Of a stretch of DNA of 64,000 nt, positions 10,587 through 20,737 are shown in pieces. The notes beneath the pieces were generated by a model, which did no database searches, had not been told where the DNA came from, and saw nothing but the letters and a program-made list of their open reading frames with translations. The stretch lies in NCBI GenBank assembly GCA_965197475.1, contig CBDANF010000003.1, positions 3,552,001 through 3,616,000 of the forward strand, given 5' to 3'. Each line of letters starts with the position of its first letter. The stretch's first letter is position 1. This DNA comes from Candidatus Poribacteria bacterium (GTDB lineage Bacteria; Poribacteria; WGA-4E; WGA-3G). The position numbers were made by a program, and so were the translations under genes.

Positions 10587-11744
10587 ATGAATCGCAGGTA
10601 CCACATAAATCCAGATTGGAAACGGCTTGCAGATCAAATTGTGATGTCAAACCAACGTGTGCTTGTTCTTGGCGCATCAGATGCAGGAAAATCAACATTC
10701 TGTCAATATCTAATTGATTCTGCTTGTGCTGCGTTGTTGAAAGCCGCGCTTGTTGATGCTGATGTAGGACAATCTCAAATCGGTCCCCCTACGACTATCG
10801 GCATGAAACTTTTTGAGTCCTTGTCAGAGGGAGCAGAGTCGCATTTGCCTTTTGGTAGTTACGAAAATGAGATGAACGTTAGGCAAGAAAACCTTGATAT
10901 AGAATCCGAACGGATTGAGGGTACTAAGAAAACCGTAGGTCAAGACTTAAACCACAAAGCAGATGCGCTCTACTTTGTGGGGGCATTATCACCACAACGC
11001 AACTTGCTTTCGATTTTGACTGGAACCCGATTGATGGTAGATGCTGCACATAAAGCAGGCGCGAATTTCACTGTCATTGATACAACCGGATATGTTTATG
11101 ACGGTGCCGCTATAATGCTGAAACAGCAAAAAATTGATCTCATTCGTCCACATCATTTAGTTTGCATTGGCCGTTCCAAAGATTTGGAAAGGATTGTTGC
11201 GTGCTACAGCGATTTAAATTGGCTAACCATTCACCACTTACTGCCCCATAAGTTGACGCGCACTAAAAGCAGTGAAGCACGAAAGAGAAATCGAAAAGCA
11301 AGGTTTAAGGCATATTTTGCAGATAGTCAACTTCAAGGCATTTCATTTGAACAAATTCGGGGGGCACACACCCCATTTTTTAACGGAAGAATAGCGAATC
11401 AGAAAGAGATAGAGATACTCACGCGCCTTACAGAAGAAGGGATAATTTATGCTGAGTGGGGGCATCGCTCTTTAAGTCTAATCGCACGAAGAAATCTTTC
11501 GCAAAATACAACTAAAAAACTAAAAGATTATCTGAGTTTATCATTTATTTCAGATCAAATACCCGCTTATTTCAAACAACGTTTTGTTGGAATGGTTGAC
11601 GAGGCAGGTGATACTTTAGCCATCGGTATAATTGAATCTGTTGACTTTCAAAACCGAGTGCTTAGTATCCGTTGCGAATCGGGAATTGCTTCTAAAATTA
11701 AGGTTCTGCAGTTTGGGGATTATCAGTTTGCAGGGAAACAGTAA
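10587..11744 (+). CDS. Clp1/Grc3-family polynucleotide 5'-hydroxyl kinase
   Basis: GASDAGKST, DADVGQSQIGPPTTIG, IDTTG, RKRNR lid motif. Confidence 0.88.
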   Translation: MNRRYHINPDWKRLADQIVMSNQRVLVLGASDAGKSTFCQYLIDSACAALLKAALVDADVGQSQIGPPTTIGMKLFESLSEGAESHLPFGSYENEMNVRQENLDIESERIEGTKKTVGQDLNHKADALYFVGALSPQRNLLSILTGTRLMVDAAHKAGANFTVIDTTGYVYDGAAIMLKQQKIDLIRPHHLVCIGRSKDLERIVACYSDLNWLTIHHLLPHKLTRTKSSEARKRNRKARFKAYFADSQLQGISFEQIRGAHTPFFNGRIANQKEIEILTRLTEEGIIYAEWGHRSLSLIARRNLSQNTTKKLKDYLSLSFISDQIPAYFKQRFVGMVDEAGDTLAIGIIESVDFQNRVLSIRCESGIASKIKVLQFGDYQFAGKQ

Positions 11745-11783
11745 TACAATATTCTATAGTTGTTTTGAGTACTTAATATAGGC

Positions 11784-13643
11784 ATGAAGGTTGATTCTTC
11801 ATGTCAAGGCGATGATTCTTTGCAAAAAAAGAATGTGCTTTTCAGATTTCTGCGTTATCTCACTCCCTACAAAGGCTCTATTATATTGGCGATGGGTTGT
11901 GCTTTGGTCGCCTCTATTTGTTATCTTGGACCAATTCAGATTTTAGCAGATACGCTTGATTCGCTAAAAGAATTAGAGGGTTTCAGTCAATTTACTCAAC
12001 CTGTTCCTATCCGTATTTTTTTCATAGAAAATATATATAAAGGTTTCCAAATTACATTGGCAGATGTGGAGGACGCTCTTCGCTTTTTCTTTTGGCTTTT
12101 AGCAGGATTTCTCAGTCTGGTTTTTGTAAAAGGATTTTTTGTTTACGGCAGCGATTTTCTGATGGAACGTGTAGGAAACAAATTGAGTTTTCGCGTTCGA
12201 AATGACCTATATGAAAAAATCATTTCAGCCCCACTGGGTACCCTCTCAGAACATCACAGTGGCGACGTAATGACACGGGTCACCGATGATGTGCGAGTGT
12301 TGCAGCAGGCAGTTGCCGCTACCGCATCAATAATGCGTGCAATTATCCAGGTCACCGTTTTTGGTACAGTGTTGCTCTATAAAAACGCCCAAATGACGAT
12401 CTTCTCCATGTTAGTGCTTCCAATGATTGCGTATTCCATCTCACGCATAGGAACACGTGTCCGCAAAGCAAGCACGGAGATTCAAGAACGTAGTTCGGAC
12501 ATCTACTCACAACTCAAGGAGACTCTTGCCGGAATCAACATAATAAAGAGTTTTACCACTGAAAAAACTGAGATGGAAAGATTTCAATCAACCACATCCG
12601 GCCAATATAACTCAGCAATCCGCCGCGCACGATTTGCTTCACTCCTCCCACCACTTATTGAATGGATGGCGGCTATCGGAATCGCAACTGTTTTAGGACT
12701 TGGGTGTTGGAACGTCATAGAAGGCAAGCTGACTATTGGTTGGTTTGCAGGTTATATTGCAATAGTCGCACTGATGTTCAAACCGATCAAGACCATAGGT
12801 AGTGTCAATAATGTCTTACAAATAAGTCTTGCTTCTGCCGAACGTATTTTTCCGTTGCTTGATTTAGAAAGAGAACCCGGTAGTGTATCAAATGGAAAGC
12901 GTGAACTTCCCAACGTACGGGGAACTGTCCAATTTCAAAACGTATCGTTCGCGTATCAACAACGTCCCGTTATTAAAAATGTTAGTTTTACCGCAGAACC
13001 AGGGGAGGTAATTGCACTTGTCGGTCCAAGCGGCAGCGGGAAAACAACGCTTCTCAATCTTCTTCAACGCTTCTATACGGTAGATTCCGGAGCAATTCAT
13101 ATTGATAATTTACCGATTGAAGAAATCTCATTGAAATCGTTAAGGCAAAATATCGCTCTGGTACCACAAGATACATTTCTTTTTGATGGCACAGTTTTAG
13201 AAAATATTGAATACGGTTCTCCCGGTTCAAGCAGACAATTAATCATTGACGCGGCAAAAAAGGCGAACGCACACGATTTTATCACTAAAATGCCTAAAGG
13301 CTACGACACGCCAATCGGCGAAGCCGGTGGCAACCTATCTGGCGGGGAACAGCAACGTATCTCTATCGCACGCGCTATTCTGAAAGATGCACCGATTCTC
13401 GTACTTGATGAAGCAACTTCTGCACTTGATACCCAATCTGAAGTTGTTATACAAAAATCGTTAGCGAATTTGATGGAAGGTAGAACAAGTTTTATTATTG
13501 CGCATCGCCTTTCAACGGTAATGCGTGCTGATAACATTTTAGTTATCAACGAAGGTGAAATAGTGGAAAGCGGGAACCACACAAAGTTATTAGAAAAGGG
13601 CGGGCTCTACCGAAAGTTGTGTGAACAACAAATTTTCGGATAA
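11784..13643 (+). CDS. ABC exporter, fused permease/ATPase (MsbA-like)
   Basis: TM domain plus GPSGSGKT, LSGGEQQR, ILVLDEATSALD, IAHRLST. Confidence 0.93.
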   Translation: MKVDSSCQGDDSLQKKNVLFRFLRYLTPYKGSIILAMGCALVASICYLGPIQILADTLDSLKELEGFSQFTQPVPIRIFFIENIYKGFQITLADVEDALRFFFWLLAGFLSLVFVKGFFVYGSDFLMERVGNKLSFRVRNDLYEKIISAPLGTLSEHHSGDVMTRVTDDVRVLQQAVAATASIMRAIIQVTVFGTVLLYKNAQMTIFSMLVLPMIAYSISRIGTRVRKASTEIQERSSDIYSQLKETLAGINIIKSFTTEKTEMERFQSTTSGQYNSAIRRARFASLLPPLIEWMAAIGIATVLGLGCWNVIEGKLTIGWFAGYIAIVALMFKPIKTIGSVNNVLQISLASAERIFPLLDLEREPGSVSNGKRELPNVRGTVQFQNVSFAYQQRPVIKNVSFTAEPGEVIALVGPSGSGKTTLLNLLQRFYTVDSGAIHIDNLPIEEISLKSLRQNIALVPQDTFLFDGTVLENIEYGSPGSSRQLIIDAAKKANAHDFITKMPKGYDTPIGEAGGNLSGGEQQRISIARAILKDAPILVLDEATSALDTQSEVVIQKSLANLMEGRTSFIIAHRLSTVMRADNILVINEGEIVESGNHTKLLEKGGLYRKLCEQQIFG

Positions 13644-13913
13644 CTTTGTGATAGCAGTTAAATGTATTATAAGACAGGAACGATTGCTGCGGTTCTACCG
13701 AATATAGAAAAATAAAGAAAAAATTGTAGATTTGTAAACTATTTGGATTTAAAAACGTCTCAATATAATGCAAGCACAATTAACGTTTCAACAATATTTA
13801 GATTTTATTCTTTGAAGAGAATTACCATACTTAGAAATCCACACAAAGCCCCAACGTTTGGTTGAGTCAGGGCTGTTGTGCACGGCTTAGATCGTGTTAT
13901 GTCTTTATTAAGG

Positions 13914-14489
13914 TTAGTTTCGTCCTTGTTTAGTGATAGCACCCTCAAGATCGGCTTCGCGATAGATGGCTTCGGATAAATCAACCTCGTAAAGATACGC
14001 ACCTTTGAAATTTGCCCCGAGTAACACGATACTGTCTAATTTGATTTCACCAAAAATTGCCTCTTCCAGGTTGGCATTCTCAAAAGTAGTAAGATTACCA
14101 AAAGGAGCAGTGGGAACACATGTAGGACAACCAAGCGTAGCGCGACGTAAATCTGCACCGCGAAAATTAGTGCCGGATAGAAGACTTCCACTCAAAAACG
14201 CTCCAAATAGATTCGCGTTCTCCAATGTTGCTTCTGTAAGATTTGCTCCTACTAAATAGGTTCGTAATAGAACGGCACCGGACAGGTCAGCTCCAGTCAG
14301 GTTTGCATCATTTAGATTTGCGTCCGTTAAATCAGCATTTTTAAGGTTAGCACCACTTAAATTTGCTGTAGAAAAATCTGCACCGACAAGTGATTGGTCG
14401 GCTAAATCTATTTTTTCTAAGTTTTCGTTCGCGAACGATTCACCTGCTAATAAACGTTGAACAACATCTTCTTGTGGTTTTTCTTGCAT
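13914..14489 (-). CDS. Pentapeptide repeat protein
   Basis: A(D/N)LxxA repeats; ATG at 14489 behind GGAGG. Confidence 0.92.
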   Translation of the reverse strand: MQEKPQEDVVQRLLAGESFANENLEKIDLADQSLVGADFSTANLSGANLKNADLTDANLNDANLTGADLSGAVLLRTYLVGANLTEATLENANLFGAFLSGSLLSGTNFRGADLRRATLGCPTCVPTAPFGNLTTFENANLEEAIFGEIKLDSIVLLGANFKGAYLYEVDLSEAIYREADLEGAITKQGRN

Positions 14490-14747
14490 AAATTGCCTCC
14501 ATTTTTTGTATGATTTCAATAAGCTTCTCTGGCATTGACAAAAGTTAATAGATACCGAAGTGCCTTTTGTAACAAACATTAACGTTAGACGTTTTTTAAC
14601 GTAAGTTGAAAATTTTCAATATATTTTACGGAATAGAGCGACAAATATTTTCATCAGTTATCCCGCGGAAATGATTGAGACACAAGCATCCAATTGGTGG
14701 ATATGCGATTAAACAAAATCTTGCATAGACATAAGGAAAATACTAAA

Positions 14748-16424
14748 ATGAAAAACTTTTACCCAACCGATTCAGTTGAGTTTGACTTGCTTCCTTCTGA
14801 GGAGAAAAAAGAGGAAAATACTGCTCCTATAAAGGATGAAACATTCGCTTACCTGCAGACTATTGCTAAAACACCGTTGTTGCAACCCGAACAAGAGAAA
14901 GCACTCTTTGAAGATTACCAAGAGGGCGTACAGAGTTTTACGGCAAACTTCAAACTGCTTCCGAATTGGATTATAAATACGTTAGATTTTGGTACAAAAA
15001 GCCGCCGCATTCCGGAACAAAAATTAAAACCTGCTCAAAAAGATCATGGACTAATTATAGATCAAATTTCCGCACATGTACAGTCTATTGAAAACTTGTT
15101 GCAAAAACTCGACAGAAAACGAAAAAAATCAGAGAAAGTAAAGTCGAAAATCCTTATGGGAAATTTGCACCTCCTGAAAAAATATGTAAATGATCCTGAA
15201 TATGCAACAGTAATGTGTCCTGAATTACTGCAAGCAGGTTATCTTGGTCTTATTAAAGCAATTGAAAATTGGATACCTGAACACGGACAGAAGTTTAGAG
15301 TTTATGCGCGAGCTTCAATTCGTGTAAGCATTGAAGCAGCCCGCCAAAATCCTGAAAAATTTGGGTTGTCAATTACAGAACAAAGGTTGAACCAATTTTC
15401 ACATAGTTTAGAACGCGACTCCCTTATCAATGCAATGCCGCTTGATGAGGAAGAAGAAGCACGTTTGCTTGAAACTTTTACATTGACAATATATGAGGTA
15501 GCACAACTTCTGAATAAACTATCCTCCGATTTTTTAGACGAAATTGCTTATGGAAAAGTTGGGAAAACCTCAGAAATCCAGTGGAGCACAAGCACACTAA
15601 ATCCACTTTTGGAAATGCTTCATACGGAATTGCTGCGTCTCAAAACTTTGCTGGTGAAACTTACAGAAGCGGACAAACTCGCCCACGGCACAAAAATGAA
15701 AATCGTTGAGGCAAACCTGCGATTAGTCGCGAGTATTGCAAAGCAACACCATTTCAATAAAACTGCTTTAACCTTTCTTGACCTTATGCAGGAAGGGAGC
15801 ATCGGTCTCATGAAAGCGGTTGAGAAATTCGACCACACGCTCCGGTATCGTTTCAGCACTTACGCCACTTGGTGGGTAATGCAATCCATAAAAAGGGCAA
15901 TAGACCAACAGGGACAGATCATCCGTGTTCCATGTTATATCGGTGAGACGCGTAGGTTGATCAAACAGGTGCAGTCCAATCTCACGATAAAACTTGGTCG
16001 TGAACCTACAACTAAAGAGATTGCACAAGAGGTTAAACTTTCCGAAAAAAAGATTGATGAAATTTTGCAAGCAACGAGAGACCCTATTTCGTTAGATGCA
16101 CCGATTAATGAAACTGCTCCAGAAGTACCAATTCGCGATATAATTCCGGATGATGCTCAGATAACACCGGAAACAGAATTGGTTAACTTCTCCAAAATTG
16201 AAGCGTTAGAAGAAGTCCTTAATAGGACGCTAACCCCGCGCGAAACCCACGTCATTGTCCTTCGCTACGGATTAATTGATGGAACAGAATACACACTTGC
16301 TGATATCGGCACAAAACTCAAAATCAGCCGTGAACGGGTTAGACAGATCGAAGTTGAGGCACTCAATAAACTCAGACGGCATGAACCGAAAGAACTGTTG
16401 ATGGAGTTGTTTCAAAAATATTAG
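14748..16424 (+). CDS. Sigma-70 family RNA polymerase sigma factor (RpoD/SigA-like) with duplicated region 1.2-2
   Basis: EANLRLV..IAK, DLMQEG.IGLMKAVEKFD, RFSTYATWW, IRVP, GREPT, SLDAPI, SRERVRQIE; ATG at 14748 behind AAGGA. Confidence 0.9.
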   Translation: MKNFYPTDSVEFDLLPSEEKKEENTAPIKDETFAYLQTIAKTPLLQPEQEKALFEDYQEGVQSFTANFKLLPNWIINTLDFGTKSRRIPEQKLKPAQKDHGLIIDQISAHVQSIENLLQKLDRKRKKSEKVKSKILMGNLHLLKKYVNDPEYATVMCPELLQAGYLGLIKAIENWIPEHGQKFRVYARASIRVSIEAARQNPEKFGLSITEQRLNQFSHSLERDSLINAMPLDEEEEARLLETFTLTIYEVAQLLNKLSSDFLDEIAYGKVGKTSEIQWSTSTLNPLLEMLHTELLRLKTLLVKLTEADKLAHGTKMKIVEANLRLVASIAKQHHFNKTALTFLDLMQEGSIGLMKAVEKFDHTLRYRFSTYATWWVMQSIKRAIDQQGQIIRVPCYIGETRRLIKQVQSNLTIKLGREPTTKEIAQEVKLSEKKIDEILQATRDPISLDAPINETAPEVPIRDIIPDDAQITPETELVNFSKIEALEEVLNRTLTPRETHVIVLRYGLIDGTEYTLADIGTKLKISRERVRQIEVEALNKLRRHEPKELLMELFQKY

Positions 16425-16427
16425 ATT

Positions 16428-16483
16428 TTTTCTCATCATCGGCATGTGAGGTGCTAAATTAGCAATTGCCGATGATGAGAAAA
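16428..16483. terminator. 17-bp perfect inverted repeat after the sigma gene (probable terminator)
   Basis: TTTTCTCATCATCGGCA ... TGCCGATGATGAGAAAA. Confidence 0.6.
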
Positions 16484-16546
16484 CTTCTGCAACAACGATA
16501 AGGATGTCATTTCAATTCCGACTGCGCAACCAGAGGAATCTCCCAA

Positions 16547-17818
16547 TTGAAAATCGCATATTTTGATTGCTTCTCCGGTATTAGCGGTGACATGGTCCTC
16601 GGTGCTGTTGTTGATGCGGGAGTTGACCCTGAGGTACTAACAACCGAATTAGCAAAACTAAAAATTGATGATGAATTTAGCCTCCATTTTCAGAAAACAA
16701 CGAAACACGGTATTTCCGGAACGCAAGCAATAGTTGAGACCGCCTACGATTCACAAGAAGACCATCACCACAATCATTTCCACGCCCCCAGTAGACACCT
16801 CTCTGACATTTTTAGCCTGCTTGATGCAAGTGAACTTAAAACGAATGTTCACGACACAGCAAAACAGATTTTTGACAGACTTGCTGAAGCTGAGGCGAAA
16901 GTACACGATTCTCACAAAACCAAGGTACACCTCCACGAAGTCAGCGGAATTGATTCCATAGTAGACATTGTTGGTGCTGTAATCGGTTTGGCTGAACTCG
17001 GTATTAAAGAAATTTACGCTTCTCCGCTTTCACTTGGACGTGGTTTTGTCCGATGTGCCCACGGTATGATGCCCGTGCCTGTACCGGGTACGCTGGAACT
17101 CTTACATGGTGTTCCGATTCGTCAGACCGACATCTCCAAAGAATTAGTTACACCTACAGGTGCAGCCATCATCACCACGTTCGCAAAACACTTTGGGGTG
17201 ATGCCCGATATGAGCATTGACCAGATCGGTTACGGTGCAGGCACCAGAGACCTGGAGATGCAGCCAAATCTCCTTCGTATCTGTATCGGTGAAAAATTAT
17301 CTTTGAACAACATTAAGCATAGACATGACCAATTAATATCTTCAACTGGTGACTCACCACCTGCCGAACAGAATACTGTCCTTGGTTTTAACGACTCTAT
17401 AGAAATCATTGAAACGAATGTAGATGACCTGTCCCCCGAAATTTGCGGTTATGTGATGGACAAGCTTTTTGAACACGGTGCTTTAGATGTATTTTTTATG
17501 CCTATTCTTATGAAGAAAGGCAGACCCGCGATACAAATAAACATACTCTGTCCATCCAGCATACGAGAACTATTGATAAAAGTTCTTCTAACAGAAACAA
17601 CAACCTTTGGTGTTCGATTTTATACTGCTGACCGTATAATCCTCAATCGTGATTATGTTGAAATCAATACCCAATGGGGTCCTGTTCGAGCCAAACGCGG
17701 TTACTTAAACGGTGTCCTAATCAAAACAGTTCCAGAGTATGAAGATTGTAGATGTCTTGCAGAGGAAAAAGGTGTACCGCTCCAGTCTGTTTTTCAAGAC
17801 GCACTCCGCAAAATATAA
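16547..17818 (+). CDS. larC: Nickel pincer cofactor biosynthesis protein LarC
   Basis: YFDCFSGISGDM, His-rich segment, HEV..IDSIVDI, ELVTPTGAA, ETNVDD, MKKGRP, PEYED. Confidence 0.95.
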   Translation: MKIAYFDCFSGISGDMVLGAVVDAGVDPEVLTTELAKLKIDDEFSLHFQKTTKHGISGTQAIVETAYDSQEDHHHNHFHAPSRHLSDIFSLLDASELKTNVHDTAKQIFDRLAEAEAKVHDSHKTKVHLHEVSGIDSIVDIVGAVIGLAELGIKEIYASPLSLGRGFVRCAHGMMPVPVPGTLELLHGVPIRQTDISKELVTPTGAAIITTFAKHFGVMPDMSIDQIGYGAGTRDLEMQPNLLRICIGEKLSLNNIKHRHDQLISSTGDSPPAEQNTVLGFNDSIEIIETNVDDLSPEICGYVMDKLFEHGALDVFFMPILMKKGRPAIQINILCPSSIRELLIKVLLTETTTFGVRFYTADRIILNRDYVEINTQWGPVRAKRGYLNGVLIKTVPEYEDCRCLAEEKGVPLQSVFQDALRKI

Positions 17819-17897
17819 TTCCCTTCAGCCAATTTGAATAATCCGATTATCAGTTGCAAGAAAAAGCAATATCCCACGCAAGTTTATATTACGGTGT

Positions 17898-19658
17898 TTA
17901 GGAACACCTATCGCAAGTCCCACACCGATAATTCTCTGGTACTTCCTCTCCGAAATAGTCACGAATGACTTTCATCCTGCACCCTTCAGATGCTGCGTAG
18001 TACACCATCTTGTCAATTCGGCTGCGTCTGTATTTAACATAGTCCCCGAGTCCCATCTGTTCTTCAGAAAGAGAGGAAAAGAGTTCACTATCCTGTAGTA
18101 ATTCAATCAGCATTAGGTCATCCTTACCCCAATACTGAAGGTGACCCTCGTTTTGAAGTTCGGCAAGTTGTTCCATAACCCACCTTGGACTTAGTTCAAA
18201 GTCTTGGCAAAAACTTAAAATATCTGTTACTCGCCGCTGGCGCAGTTGGGCATAAAGTTTAGACTGTTCTGATGTCTCGTCTGTAGGTTGCGTTCTCAAC
18301 CGGACGGAGACTCGAGACGGGACATTATGCCATCTTTTCACAAAACCAAGTTTTTCCAAATAGGTCAACCCAACCTGTATTTTTGCTTCCTTAAAACCAA
18401 CTTTCCACACCAATTCATCCATCACCATCAACCGATATTCTTCTGATCCTTTGAAGTTTTCAAGTACTTCCAACAGTTTTAGGAGCGAAGGTTTGTCTGG
18501 AGCACTCTCTTTGATAAACCATTCATGCAACTCGCGGTCTTTATGAAAATAGAATAAAAGGCACTGCGAATCTTTCTCATCTCTACCTGCCCGGCCAACT
18601 TCTTGACAGTATTCCTCTAAGGTGCCGGTCATTGTCCAATGAATGATATACCGGATATTCGCTTTATCAATCCCCATTCCAAAAGCATTCGTAGCAGCAA
18701 CGATGTCTAATCCATTTCGGCTGTCATCAAAAAATGCTTCTTGTATCTGTTTACGTTCGTGCGGTTCACGACCCGCATGGTAATAATCTGCACGGAACCC
18801 TTGTTTTTGGAGAAACTCGGCAATTTCTTCTGTGTCGCTTCGCCGCCCCGCATAGATAATACCATTTCCTTTAAGCAACCCCATGTTTTTTTCAAGTAAT
18901 GTATATTTCTGCTCTTTTTCTTCGCATTCGTGAACTGATAATTTCAAATTAGGTCGTTCAATACCTCGCACAAGTACTCTCGGTTCTGGGATATTGAGTA
19001 TATTCAGGATATCTTCTTGGATATCTGGAGGAGCGGTTGCTGTGAATAACGCAATAGCTTTGGGAAAAAGGGTGTCAATTGCCTCACAGATCGAAAGATA
19101 AGCAGGTCGGAAATCACGCCCCCATTGTGAAATACAGTGTGCCTCATCAATCACAAATACAGAGATAACAATAGAATTTAGTAAATCTAAAAACCGCCTA
19201 CTTCGTAAACGTTCTGGAGAAATATAAAGGAGTTTTATTTTTCCCTGTCTTAATAGATTGAGTTCACGCCGATACTCTTCCCATGTCTGTGTGCTATTTA
19301 TAAGTGATACAGACTCTATTCCTTGTGCCTTTAAAGCGTCTACTTGGTCTTTCATTAAAGAGAGCAAGGGTGAAACAACAACAGTTATTCCAGGTAGCAT
19401 CAATGCCGGAAGTTGATAACATAATGATTTTCCGTGACCAGTAGGAAAAACGGCAAAAACATTTTCACCGTCTAAAATCGCTTCAATAATTTCCCGTTGT
19501 CCACCTCGAAAAGTTTCATAGCCGAAGTTTTGCCGTAATGCGTTTAGAAGTTGATCATCCTGTTTTTCAGGTTGCGCTAAAGGGGTTTGTGTCTTGACTA
19601 TATCAGACGAATTAAGGATATCGTCAACCTCTTTTAGTAAATTCTGCAAATGTCCCAT
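17898..19658 (-). CDS. RecQ-family ATP-dependent DNA helicase
   Basis: PTGHGKSLCYQLP, DEAHCISQWG.DFRP, FGMGIDK, QEVGRAGRD, C-terminal Zn cysteines. Confidence 0.95.
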   Translation of the reverse strand: MGHLQNLLKEVDDILNSSDIVKTQTPLAQPEKQDDQLLNALRQNFGYETFRGGQREIIEAILDGENVFAVFPTGHGKSLCYQLPALMLPGITVVVSPLLSLMKDQVDALKAQGIESVSLINSTQTWEEYRRELNLLRQGKIKLLYISPERLRSRRFLDLLNSIVISVFVIDEAHCISQWGRDFRPAYLSICEAIDTLFPKAIALFTATAPPDIQEDILNILNIPEPRVLVRGIERPNLKLSVHECEEKEQKYTLLEKNMGLLKGNGIIYAGRRSDTEEIAEFLQKQGFRADYYHAGREPHERKQIQEAFFDDSRNGLDIVAATNAFGMGIDKANIRYIIHWTMTGTLEEYCQEVGRAGRDEKDSQCLLFYFHKDRELHEWFIKESAPDKPSLLKLLEVLENFKGSEEYRLMVMDELVWKVGFKEAKIQVGLTYLEKLGFVKRWHNVPSRVSVRLRTQPTDETSEQSKLYAQLRQRRVTDILSFCQDFELSPRWVMEQLAELQNEGHLQYWGKDDLMLIELLQDSELFSSLSEEQMGLGDYVKYRRSRIDKMVYYAASEGCRMKVIRDYFGEEVPENYRCGTCDRCS

Positions 19659-19714
19659 AGACTCTCAACCTTTTAGCACGGTGTGTTAATTGATGCTCCT
19701 TGTATATGGTGGAT

Positions 19715-20413
19715 TTAGGAAAAAAAACGGAACCTGAAAATATGAAATATCGCTGCAATACCATCTTTCCAACTCACAGTCTTTCCTTGATGATAGTCTC
19801 TACCGCGATAACTTATTGGAATATCAACGATTTTGCACTTGCGTTTCGCGAGTTTCGCAGTAATCTCCGGTTCAAAACCAAATCTGTCTGAACGTAGCGA
19901 TATATCCTTCAGAATATCAGTTTTCATAACCTTGTAACAGGTTTCCATGTCTGTCAATTTCGTGCCGTTTAGTAAATTTGACAGGGATGTTAGAAATCGG
20001 TTCGCAAGGTAACTACGTAACAATCCTTCTTGACGACCTTGCATAAATCGAGAGCCATAGACGACATCAGCAATGTTTGTTAAAATGGGTTCAAGTAATT
20101 CCGGGTAGTCTTGCGGATCATATTCCAAATCCGCGTCTTGTATGAGTGTGATATCGCCCGTAATATGTTCAAAACCGGTTCGAAGGGTCGCACCTTTACC
20201 GCGGTTTATCTCATGATAGAAAATTTTTGCCGTATTGTCAGCTGAATTTTGGAGGCTTTCTAATATTTCGCGTGTGCCATCTGTTGAACAATCATCAACC
20301 AGAATAAGTTCTTTTTCCATCCCGATTTCAACCGCGTTTATTTGTCGTAGAATTTCCTCTAAATGCTCAGCCTCATTGTAAATCGGGATCACAACGGATA
20401 GTTTCTGCGCCAT
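19715..20413 (-). CDS. Glycosyltransferase family 2
   Basis: VIPIYNE, VDDCSTDGT, QDADLEYDP, TDMETCYK, FGFEPEIT. Confidence 0.95.
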   Translation of the reverse strand: MAQKLSVVIPIYNEAEHLEEILRQINAVEIGMEKELILVDDCSTDGTREILESLQNSADNTAKIFYHEINRGKGATLRTGFEHITGDITLIQDADLEYDPQDYPELLEPILTNIADVVYGSRFMQGRQEGLLRSYLANRFLTSLSNLLNGTKLTDMETCYKVMKTDILKDISLRSDRFGFEPEITAKLAKRKCKIVDIPISYRGRDYHQGKTVSWKDGIAAIFHIFRFRFFS

Positions 20414-20737
20414 CCAGATTCCTCCAGTTTGTCAAAGGTTCTGATTAATCCTATTATCTCTTTGAGGATGTGGCAAGACACAACCAGCTTTAAATAAGGA
20501 TACCTTATTATGAAATTTTATGCAAGTTTTTTTAAGTATCATAACCACTCAATCCTTATGTAGTTCAATCTTCTACTGAAAGGCACTTCGCTGCGTTCTA
20601 CATAAGACATAATTTCGTTGTAATTTTCGGATATTTTTGATATACTATATGCATCCAATCTTCGGTAGCACTGTAAAGCATATCTGCCACCCTCCCACCG
20701 TAGCAGGGATAAACGAACTAACGTTGAGGAATCCAGG

